Assembly (NCBI GenBank): GCA_016928455.1
Contig: JAFGKP010000065.1
Location: 1-41,836, forward strand
Length of the DNA stretch: 41,836 nucleotides
Reading direction: 5' to 3'
From: Methanomicrobia archaeon
GTDB taxonomy: Archaea > Halobacteriota > Syntropharchaeia > Alkanophagales > Methanospirareceae
The notes beneath the pieces are model-generated. The model saw only the letters and a list, made by a program, of their open reading frames with translations, made no database searches and had not been told where the DNA came from. A program made the position numbers and the translations under genes. This document shows, piece by piece, positions 34,483-41,836 of the stretch (within the stretch, counting starts at the first letter, position 1; each line of letters opens with the position of its first letter).

Positions 34483-34713
34483 ATGATTATCATACGGTGC
34501 AGCCGCTGCGGGCGAAAGTTGTTCAAGTATCAGAAACTCGGCTCGGGACGGTTGTGGCACTGCTGGAACGCCAGAATCGTTGAGGACTACAGTATCCGCG
34601 AGGGCACTGAGGTGAAATGCCCCTGTGGCAACGTGATCGGAATCGAGCAGTCGAAATGGATAAAGCTAAAGCAGGGTGCATTCAGCTATTCAGGCGCCAT
34701 GATAGAGCGGTAA
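34483..34713 (+). CDS. Small zinc-ribbon protein
   Basis: CSRCGRK...(about 45 aa)...CPCGN form two Cys pairs. The track start is TTG 34462. ATG 34483 (MIIIRCSRCG...) is more likely. Confidence 0.4.
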   Translation: MIIIRCSRCGRKLFKYQKLGSGRLWHCWNARIVEDYSIREGTEVKCPCGNVIGIEQSKWIKLKQGAFSYSGAMIER

Positions 34714-34861
34714 TGCGGCCGCACAGACAGCAAGCTAAAGCGGTCTGCACGTCATCCTTACCTACTTTCAGGTGCCAATGTATACACTGCTACCATCTGC
34801 GCGGCATGGACGGCAGCAGACCAGCTGTTGAGATGCGTGCTATAAGGAGCTGAATGACGAA

Positions 34862-36535
34862 ATGGGTAAGGAACTGACCGTATTCGATTACGAGGCGGAA
34901 CGAAAGAGGTTCACGTGGGAGATACCTGAGGAGTACAATTTTGTCGAGGTGGTACGACGGTGGGCAGAGGATCGAACGAAGGTACTCGCGATCACGGAGC
35001 ATCCGGACGGGACGGTAGAGCGAGCAGGCTACCGGGAAGTGTGGGCGAAAGCTCTGCGATTTGGCGCCGTCTTGCGCGATTCAGGCATCCAGAAAGGCGA
35101 TCGGGTCATGATGCTCCTGCCACGGGGCACGGATATTTATACCGTGAGCATCGGCATTTGGGCGATCGGCGCCGTTGCAGTTCCCTGCACCATCATGCTC
35201 AGGCGAGCGGATATCGAATATCGTCTCGTGGATGCAGAGGTCAAGGCACTGGTAACCAGTACTGCGACCGTTGCTGCTGAGGTTGAGGCATTGAAGGGCG
35301 CAATTCCACCTGAGAACCGCTTCTTTGTGGGGCAGCGAGAGGGCTGGCGGGACCTTCGACAGGAGATCCGTGCTGCATCACGCGATCTAGCGCGTGAAAA
35401 GCTCACCGCGACTGATCCCCTGGTCATCAATTACACCTCAGGGACGACAGGTGCACCAAAAGGCGTGCTCCACACCCATTCAGTGATGTATTGTTACGGC
35501 CGGCTCAATCGCTACTACTGGTGGGATACCCAATCGGACGAGCTCTGCTGGGGAACGACGGAACCCGGCTGGACGAAATGGTACTGGGCGCCCCTGGGCG
35601 CGATAGTCAATGCAGGCGCGACGAACTTTCATTATGCTGGCAAATTTGATCCTGAGAAGTTCTTCGCGCTGCTGGCCAAATGGCGGATCAACAGGGCCTG
35701 TATGACCGCTACGGAGCTCAGAACGATGGCTGCCATTGATGACGCGAACGAGCGGTACGACCTGACCGATTTGAAGGTTATTTTGACCGCGGGGGAGCCG
35801 TGCACACCGGGCATTATTCGCTACTTCGAGCAGAAGTTCGGGATAGCGGTTCGCGAAGGGTATGGCCAGACGGAGACGTGCGTGGTGGCCTGCACTATAC
35901 CGGGTATGGAGATCAAGCCGGGATCAATGGGTCGGTTCACGCCGGGTGTTGATGGCGCGATCGTGGACCCGGAGACCGGCACGCGCGTGCCGACAGGCAA
36001 AAAGGGCATGATTGCTATTGCCAAGGGCCACCCGATGCTCTTCAAAGGTTATCATAACAAGCCCGATAAGACCGCGGAATGCTACGTTGGCTCGTGGTAT
36101 CTCACCGGTGACCTCGCACGGATGGACGAGACGGGCTATATATGGTTCGAGTCACGGGCGGACGATGTCAGTATCAGCTCAGGCTACCGGATCGGCCCGT
36201 TTGAGGTAGAAAGCGCGGTCAATTCGCACGAGGTGGTGCTGGAGTGCGCGATGGTTCCCAGCCCGGACCTGCTCCGGGGTGAGATAGTGAAGGTCTTTGT
36301 GGTCTTGAAGCAGGGCTACGAGCCGTCCGACGCGCTTGCTCAGGATATTCAGCAGCACGTAAAACTGATAACCGCGCCCTATAAGTATCCGCGTGCGATC
36401 GAATTTGTGGACGAGCTTCCGAAGACGATCAGCGGTAAAATCAAGCGTAAAGAGCTCAGAACCCGGGAATTCGAGCGGAAGCGCGAGGTTATCGAGAAAC
36501 TTAAGGAGAAAGGAATGTGGCAACGGGGGGGATAG
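34862..36535 (+). CDS. AMP-forming acyl-CoA synthetase (medium-chain/ACSM-MacS-like)
   Basis: AMP-binding signature INYTSGTTGAPKGVLHTH, then YGQTE, TGDLARMDETGYIWFESRADD, and C-terminal PKTISGKIKRKELR. An AAGGAG RBS lies at 34842-34847. Confidence 0.85.
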   Translation: MGKELTVFDYEAERKRFTWEIPEEYNFVEVVRRWAEDRTKVLAITEHPDGTVERAGYREVWAKALRFGAVLRDSGIQKGDRVMMLLPRGTDIYTVSIGIWAIGAVAVPCTIMLRRADIEYRLVDAEVKALVTSTATVAAEVEALKGAIPPENRFFVGQREGWRDLRQEIRAASRDLAREKLTATDPLVINYTSGTTGAPKGVLHTHSVMYCYGRLNRYYWWDTQSDELCWGTTEPGWTKWYWAPLGAIVNAGATNFHYAGKFDPEKFFALLAKWRINRACMTATELRTMAAIDDANERYDLTDLKVILTAGEPCTPGIIRYFEQKFGIAVREGYGQTETCVVACTIPGMEIKPGSMGRFTPGVDGAIVDPETGTRVPTGKKGMIAIAKGHPMLFKGYHNKPDKTAECYVGSWYLTGDLARMDETGYIWFESRADDVSISSGYRIGPFEVESAVNSHEVVLECAMVPSPDLLRGEIVKVFVVLKQGYEPSDALAQDIQQHVKLITAPYKYPRAIEFVDELPKTISGKIKRKELRTREFERKREVIEKLKEKGMWQRGG

Positions 36536-36599
36536 AGGAGGCCCCATGCTCAGCCAAACAAACAAATACGTTCTCGGCCAAATGATGACGATACACGTT

Positions 36600-37730
36600 T
36601 CATACGAACCCTGGCGCGGACGAGAAGAGCGACCAGCGGCGATAGCTCATGCATCGCTTCAACCGTTCCAAAGCGAGCTCTTCAGCCGCTTCACGCGGCA
36701 TAATCCCGCGCTCCGTAGCGTCTCCGAGCACCAGCCGGGTATTGAGCCGCACTTTCTCTTCGATAGTCTGGAATGCGGCCGACGGTGAAGCGCCGCGGTA
36801 CTCCATGGCTGCGCTGATTACGCCACCTGCATTGGCGATAATATCAGGCACGCAGAGCACGCCGTTCTCGTGCAGCCAGTGCTCCGCACCCCGCGTAATG
36901 GGGATGTTGGCACCTTCCATCACCAGCCTGGTCTTCAATCGGCGCACGTTCGTCTCGGTGATCACGTCGGGCCGCGCTGCTGGGATCCAGATATCGCACT
37001 CGAGTTCGATCACCGCGTCACAGTCAAGCTTCTCGCCGTTCTTATAGTGGGCCACGCTCTTGCCCGCATCCTTTAACGCGATCAGGGCATCGACGTCCAG
37101 CCCCCGTGGATTGTAGATCGTGCCCCGGGAATCCGCAGCACCCACGAGTAACGCGCCCTTCTCAGTAAGGAACCGCGCAGCATGTTTACCCACAGCGCCG
37201 AAGCCCTGGACGACGACCCGCGCACCGTCCATATCGAAATCGCGGTATTCGAGCGCGACATCAGTGGCATGGCTGAGCCCCCACGCGGTGGCTCCAAGCT
37301 CGTCGAGCGGGATACCACCGAATTCACAGGGCAAGCCCACCGCACGCCCGATCTCATCCTTGATCCAGGCCATACACTCCTCATCCGTGCCCATATCCGG
37401 CCCGAAGATGTACTCCTGTAGCTCTCGCAGTGAGCTGGCGAATGCCCGAATCAGCTGCTCCTTTTTTCCCTGCGGCATCCGCGGATCGCCGTAGATCACT
37501 GACTTACCGCCTCCGTGCGGCAGATCGGCAGCCGAGTTCTTCAAGGTCATGGTCCGTGCCAATCGGAAGCACTCCTCGGTACACACCTCCAGTCCCATTC
37601 GTAACCCCCCGATTGACGGCCCTCTGGCCACGTTGTCCACCACCAGCACCCCCTTGAGCTGCACTGAAGGCTCGTACACATGAATGACCTTGGCCGGCCC
37701 TAATTCATCTGCGAATCGAAATGCGTCCAT
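36600..37730 (-). CDS. Glu/Leu/Phe/Val amino-acid dehydrogenase family protein (short, 376-aa type)
   Basis: GPSIGGLRM, catalytic-Lys region LPHGGGKSVIYGDP, and Rossmann motif VVVQGFGAVGKHAARFL. Confidence 0.85.
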   Translation of the reverse strand: MDAFRFADELGPAKVIHVYEPSVQLKGVLVVDNVARGPSIGGLRMGLEVCTEECFRLARTMTLKNSAADLPHGGGKSVIYGDPRMPQGKKEQLIRAFASSLRELQEYIFGPDMGTDEECMAWIKDEIGRAVGLPCEFGGIPLDELGATAWGLSHATDVALEYRDFDMDGARVVVQGFGAVGKHAARFLTEKGALLVGAADSRGTIYNPRGLDVDALIALKDAGKSVAHYKNGEKLDCDAVIELECDIWIPAARPDVITETNVRRLKTRLVMEGANIPITRGAEHWLHENGVLCVPDIIANAGGVISAAMEYRGASPSAAFQTIEEKVRLNTRLVLGDATERGIMPREAAEELALERLKRCMSYRRWSLFSSAPGFV

Positions 37731-37778
37731 CCTTCATCCCTCGTCTACACTTTCTCTATCCTCTACTCTTCTTCATTG

Positions 37779-38534
37779 TTACGCTTTCGCTGCGCTTACT
37801 CGCTCAATCGACCTGCCGGGTGCAGTGTACGCCGAGTCCAGCACAACTCGCGCGTCCACAGCCACAGCACCTGATTCAGAGACGATAAGCGGATTGACCT
37901 CAATCTCGCGTATCTCGTCCAGCGACAGCAAGATATCCGAAAGCGCCACAACTGCGGAGGCCAGTTGCTCCACGTCCACGGGCCGGGACCCCCGGAATCC
38001 GGTCAGGAGTGGGTAGCTCTTCACCTCCTGCATCATCGCAAAGGCCTCCTCCCTGCTCACCGGAGCGAGCCGGAAGCTCACATCCTTCAGGAGTTCGACG
38101 GCAATGCCGCCAGTGCCAAACATCACTGCAGGCCCAAATTGCGGATCCCGCAGCCCACCCACGATCAACTCGATCCCCGGGGGGACCATCTCGACCAGAA
38201 GGAACCCTGCTATCTGTGCTTCAGGCGCCGATCGCCTCAGATCACGTGTCATCTCGTGAACCGCAGTGCGCACTTCTTCAGTGTCCTGTAGACCCAGGAT
38301 CACGCCACCGACGTCGCGTTTGTGGACGATGTCGGGCGAGATCACCTTGAGCACAAACGGCGGAGATAGCTCCTCTGCTTTCACGCGCACGTCCTCAGGC
38401 GCTTTGATCCAGAGATACTTTGGGACCGAAATGCCCCACGCGGCAACGAGTGCCTTTGCCTCAGGCTCCAGGAGCATGTGCCGTCCCTCTGCTACGGCCT
38501 CACGTACGAGCCTCTTCGCATCCTCTTTATTCAT
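37779..38534 (-). CDS. ADP-forming acyl-CoA synthetase, beta subunit (ATP-grasp domain)
   Basis: LLEPEAKALVAAWGISVP...FVLKVISPDIVHKRDVGGV... is the typical ATP-grasp_5 / ACD beta pattern. Confidence 0.8.
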   Translation of the reverse strand: MNKEDAKRLVREAVAEGRHMLLEPEAKALVAAWGISVPKYLWIKAPEDVRVKAEELSPPFVLKVISPDIVHKRDVGGVILGLQDTEEVRTAVHEMTRDLRRSAPEAQIAGFLLVEMVPPGIELIVGGLRDPQFGPAVMFGTGGIAVELLKDVSFRLAPVSREEAFAMMQEVKSYPLLTGFRGSRPVDVEQLASAVVALSDILLSLDEIREIEVNPLIVSESGAVAVDARVVLDSAYTAPGRSIERVSAAKA

Positions 38535-38578
38535 CTTTTTGCTTTGACACGCTGCTTGCGCCCCTGCAGGCGAGATTA

Positions 38579-39955
38579 TTATGAACGTGCGTACCGTTTA
38601 CCGGCCGCCAATACCGCAGCAGCCCTCGCAACGCTTTCCGGTGTGAAGAATACCGGCATGCCGTGCTCCGCGAAGCGCGCTGCGATTCTTCGTGAGAACT
38701 CGCTGCTCAGGGTGCAGATGAGCAGTGGTACGTTATGGCGATCCCTGACAGCTTTCAGGGCATCAACCAGCTTTTCCGTGATCTTTGGTGCGCCCCAGAG
38801 CACCGTGACAATAACCAGGTCGAACGTATCTTTCAACCCTTCCTCAAGGGCATTAACGTAATCCGAGTCAATCGCACTGCCGGTTAAATCGATTGGATTA
38901 CCGGTTGATGAGAATCCGATCAGGCGTGTGCTCAGACGCTTCCGTGTCTCCTCGCTCAACTCGCGCACCTCGAGGCCCAGATCCTCACAGGCGTCCGCAA
39001 TATTCACCCCGACACCACCACCGTCCGTCACGATCAACACCCGCTTACCCGCAACGAGCTCATAGGTGTTCAGAACCTTGATGGCATCCTTGAGCCCTTC
39101 ATAGCCGTTCACCTCAATGATCCCGGCCTTCTTGAAGGCGGCCTTGTAGATCTCATACCGCCCGGATATTGCGCCCGTATGGGATCGTGCGGCATGAATG
39201 CCTGCCTCACGCTTGCCCACCTTCACAACCACCACCGGTTTCTTTCTGGTGCAGCGTGATGCGACCTCGACAAACCGCTTGCCGTCGTCTACCGACTCCA
39301 TATAGATGACCACAACGCTCGTTGCCGCATCGTTCGTCAAGAACTCGAGACAGTCTGACTCACCGACATCAACTCGATTCCCATAACTCACGATCCGGGC
39401 GACGCCAATATCCTGTGAGACCAACTCAACCATGATCAGTTCGGCGAACGACCCGCTCTGCGTGAGTACGGAGACGCCGCCACGAGTGGGTCTTTTTACC
39501 CGCTCCTCCGGGGTGAAGAAAGTGTCAATTCTGGAGACCGCGTCGTAGATGCCCATGCAGTTCGGGCCGATGATCCGTATCCCCTTTCTTGCACCCAGCG
39601 CGCTCAGCTCGTCCTCCAACGCCGTTCCGGCAGACCCGGTCTCTTTGAACCCTGCGCTCACAATAATGGCGCCTCGTACATTCTTCGCGCGCTCCAGGAC
39701 TGTCATGACTAGCGGTGCCGGCAGCACAAAGATCGCCACATCGATCACCGCTTCAATCTCGCTCAGTGAACGATAGCACCGGACACCGTTAATGGATGCG
39801 TAGTTGGGATTGACGAGATAGACCGCCCCGGGATAACCGATCCTCTTGAGGTTTTCCATGATGACCTGGGACGGCTTGCCGGGTCGCGGCGATGCCCCGA
39901 CGATAGCGATCGATTGCGGATTAAAGAAGAAGCTGATGTCTCTTCCAGTACTCAT
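38579..39955 (-). CDS. ADP-forming acyl-CoA synthetase, alpha subunit (CoA-binding + succinyl-CoA synthetase-like domains)
   Basis: FFNPQSIAIVGASPRPGK, GPNCMGI, and the phospho-His loop region ARSHTGAISG. 458 aa. Confidence 0.85.
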   Translation of the reverse strand: MSTGRDISFFFNPQSIAIVGASPRPGKPSQVIMENLKRIGYPGAVYLVNPNYASINGVRCYRSLSEIEAVIDVAIFVLPAPLVMTVLERAKNVRGAIIVSAGFKETGSAGTALEDELSALGARKGIRIIGPNCMGIYDAVSRIDTFFTPEERVKRPTRGGVSVLTQSGSFAELIMVELVSQDIGVARIVSYGNRVDVGESDCLEFLTNDAATSVVVIYMESVDDGKRFVEVASRCTRKKPVVVVKVGKREAGIHAARSHTGAISGRYEIYKAAFKKAGIIEVNGYEGLKDAIKVLNTYELVAGKRVLIVTDGGGVGVNIADACEDLGLEVRELSEETRKRLSTRLIGFSSTGNPIDLTGSAIDSDYVNALEEGLKDTFDLVIVTVLWGAPKITEKLVDALKAVRDRHNVPLLICTLSSEFSRRIAARFAEHGMPVFFTPESVARAAAVLAAGKRYARS

Positions 39956-40895
39956 CTACGATCTCCTGTACCCTCTTCAGCGTCTCTTCCTGCCGCACGG
40001 GCTTGAAGAGATGAGCGAACCGCCCCTGTTCCTTGAGATACTCTTCCACCGGCTTCAATTTAGGCGGCACGATCGTATGGGTTACTTCACCATAAACGGC
40101 CTCTTTTAATGGCCAGACACCAGTATCAACGGCCAGTTTCGCCAGTTTAATGGCGCGGCAGGGCTCGATGCCCCAGCCGGGCGGGCAGGGCGAGAGAGCA
40201 ATGAAGAGTTTCGGACCGCTGTACTGCTCGGCCTTCTTCAGCTTGTTGAAGAGATCAACGGGATGTGACGGCGAGATGGTAGCAAGATACGGTGGCTTGT
40301 GACTGTTCCAGATAGCAAAGAGGTCCTTCTTGGGTTTCCGGGCGCCAACGCCGAACGGAGTTGTTCCGGTACTGGAGGCGAACGGTGTCGCTCCGGACCA
40401 CTGGAAGCCGGTATTGCCATACGCCTCGTTATCATAGCAGATATAATAGAAATCGAGGTTGCGATAGATCGCCCCGGAGGTCGAAGCAAGGCCTATATCG
40501 TATGCAGCGCCGTCACCGGTCAATACCACGACCTTTAAGTCCTCTTCCGGCTTGAGTCTGCCGGTTTCTAATAACGTGTCGAGAGCGTCTCGCACTCCCT
40601 GCGCAGCAGCAGGGGCGCACGCCATCGCGGTGTACAACCAGGAACTCTGGAACGGATTGTAAGGGTAGATAGGCAGGAGTGTGAAACAGCCTGCCGCGTT
40701 CACGATAACGACTTTCGTGCCCAGTGCCTTCATACAGTACCGGAGTGTTAAGATCCCACCGCAGCCCGCACAGGCAGGCGTGCCCGGAAAGAGTACCTCT
40801 TCGCGCGGAAGCTGCTTGATCGATTTTATCTGTTCGGGCTCCTTATCGTTCATCCCTTTTCTGCGATCTCCTTCACTCGCCTCATCTCGTCCCAT
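39921..40895 (-). CDS. 2-oxoacid:ferredoxin oxidoreductase beta subunit (TPP-binding)
   Basis: PGTPACAGCGG, GDGAAYDIG (TPP GDG motif) and NEAYGNTG. The alternative start ATG 40853 would give an ATGA overlap with the alpha-subunit stop. The 3' end overlaps the ACD alpha start by 35 nt. Confidence 0.85.
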   Translation of the reverse strand: MGRDEASEGDRRKGMNDKEPEQIKSIKQLPREEVLFPGTPACAGCGGILTLRYCMKALGTKVVIVNAAGCFTLLPIYPYNPFQSSWLYTAMACAPAAAQGVRDALDTLLETGRLKPEEDLKVVVLTGDGAAYDIGLASTSGAIYRNLDFYYICYDNEAYGNTGFQWSGATPFASSTGTTPFGVGARKPKKDLFAIWNSHKPPYLATISPSHPVDLFNKLKKAEQYSGPKLFIALSPCPPGWGIEPCRAIKLAKLAVDTGVWPLKEAVYGEVTHTIVPPKLKPVEEYLKEQGRFAHLFKPVRQEETLKRVQEIVDEYWKRHQLLL

Positions 40896-41836
40896 TCCTT
40901 TTCTGTGTACAGGAGGTAAGGGGTTGGCAGTACCTTACCGGTATCAACCGCCTCACGCATCGTATCGAAGATGAACGCGAACTCCTCGGGACTGATATTC
41001 TTGCCGCCGAGCCCGCCGATGAATGAGAGCACGAGCGGCCCCTGGTGCACAGTACAAAGGCAGCTGGCAACTTCTGCATGCAGAACGCCGCCCTTGCCGA
41101 TGCTGATGTTCTGGTCAATGACCGCCACGGCCTTACGAGTCTTGAGTGCGTCCTTGATCATCGCATCGGGAAACGGTCGCAGGAGCCGTATCCGCACAAG
41201 CCCTGCCTTGATGCCCCTTTTGCGGGCAGCAGAGACCGCAGCCTTCCCCAGCGTAGAGAAGGAATTGGTCATCACGAGCACGAGTTCGGCATCCTCCAGG
41301 AGATAGCCCTCGATGATGCCGTACATACGGCCGAAGGTCGCTTCAAAATCGGCACAGACCTCGGTATAAACCTCCAACGCCTTCCGACTCGCCAGATGCA
41401 TCTGATATTTGAAATACGAATAATACGAGCCACCAAGAACTGCGACGCCCTGGGCCATCGGTTTACTCGCCCGGAAGAACGCATGTTTTGGTCGGTAGTG
41501 CGGGAGAAAGGTTTTTACCAGCTCGACGTCCGGGACCTCAACGGGCTCACGCGTAAATGAGAGATAAAACCCGTCCAGATTGACGATAATCGGCAGCAGC
41601 ACCCGCTCGTCCTCAGCTAACCGGTACGCCATCAGGATAGAATCCAGCACCTCCTGGCAGGTCTCGCAGTGTAGCTGCAAGAATCCGGAATCGCGCGCGG
41701 CGAGGACGTCGTTATGGTCTGGCTCAAGCGTGATCGGTGCGGATAACCCTCGTGAGACGTTGACCAGCACCAGGGGAACGCGCCAGCCGGCGAGCGCATA
41801 GAGCATCTCGAACCCGTAGAGCAGCCCCTGACTCGA
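40850..41836 (-). CDS. 2-oxoacid:ferredoxin oxidoreductase alpha subunit; the 5' end lies outside the window
   Basis: The frame stays open to the window edge (SSQGLLYGFEMLYALAGWRVPLVLVNVSRG...). This is the typical PorA/VorA/KorA pattern. Confidence 0.85.
   Translation of the reverse strand, partial: SSQGLLYGFEMLYALAGWRVPLVLVNVSRGLSAPITLEPDHNDVLAARDSGFLQLHCETCQEVLDSILMAYRLAEDERVLLPIIVNLDGFYLSFTREPVEVPDVELVKTFLPHYRPKHAFFRASKPMAQGVAVLGGSYYSYFKYQMHLASRKALEVYTEVCADFEATFGRMYGIIEGYLLEDAELVLVMTNSFSTLGKAAVSAARKRGIKAGLVRIRLLRPFPDAMIKDALKTRKAVAVIDQNISIGKGGVLHAEVASCLCTVHQGPLVLSFIGGLGGKNISPEEFAFIFDTMREAVDTGKVLPTPYLLYTEKEWDEMRRVKEIAEKG

Noticed and set aside
1-41836. CRISPR arrays, rRNA genes or large tandem repeats.
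   Set aside because: Reading through all intergenic regions, I found no regularly spaced direct repeats of 24-40 nt and no rRNA-like conserved stretches. The only repeats are the short ones listed in the features.

Overview
Family assignments below come from motif recognition by eye; no searches were run.

This is an archaeal chromosomal segment, euryarchaeal and methanogen-like. The lineage call rests on an archaeal TFB, a two-subunit-type PheRS beta subunit, O-phosphoseryl-tRNA synthetase (SepRS), a FilR1/DUF1724 regulator, HypC/HypF/CooC, KEOPS Cgi121 and ribosomal protein L40e.

The window is densely coding on both strands: about 45 protein genes and one tRNA-Val(GAC). I found no rRNA, CRISPR array, transposase or integrase. 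Hand counts on single 60-nt lines put the background at about 57% GC.

The main anomaly is a low-GC block at about 13.47-20.76 kb, where hand-counted lines gave 22%, 38% and 48% GC. It contains:
- a 1004-aa polytopic membrane protein ending in a KaiC/RecA-like domain with no Walker A motif;
- a four-gene operon: two geranylgeranyl-reductase-like flavoproteins (one diverged), a Cys-rich 4Fe-4S protein and a small ferredoxin;
- a roughly 0.5-kb piece of host-like GC between them that looks like a degraded gene.

I rank this block as the best candidate for an undescribed system, possibly ferredoxin-driven isoprenoid or lipid reduction plus an orphan membrane pseudo-ATPase.

Other points of interest:
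- a GvpD/KaiC-like ATPase translationally coupled to an A24 prepilin-type peptidase;
- a receiver plus degenerate histidine-kinase protein divergent from a FilR1-type regulator (a FilI/FilR-like arrangement);
- a perfect palindrome upstream of a membrane-protein gene;
- an overlapping nucleotidyltransferase-like gene plus small-protein pair;
- a PGF-CTERM surface protein whose 3' end is duplicated upstream;
- an L40e gene missed by the ORF track;
- a 2-oxoacid:ferredoxin oxidoreductase / ADP-forming acyl-CoA synthetase / amino-acid dehydrogenase / AMP-forming acyl-CoA synthetase cluster at the right end.
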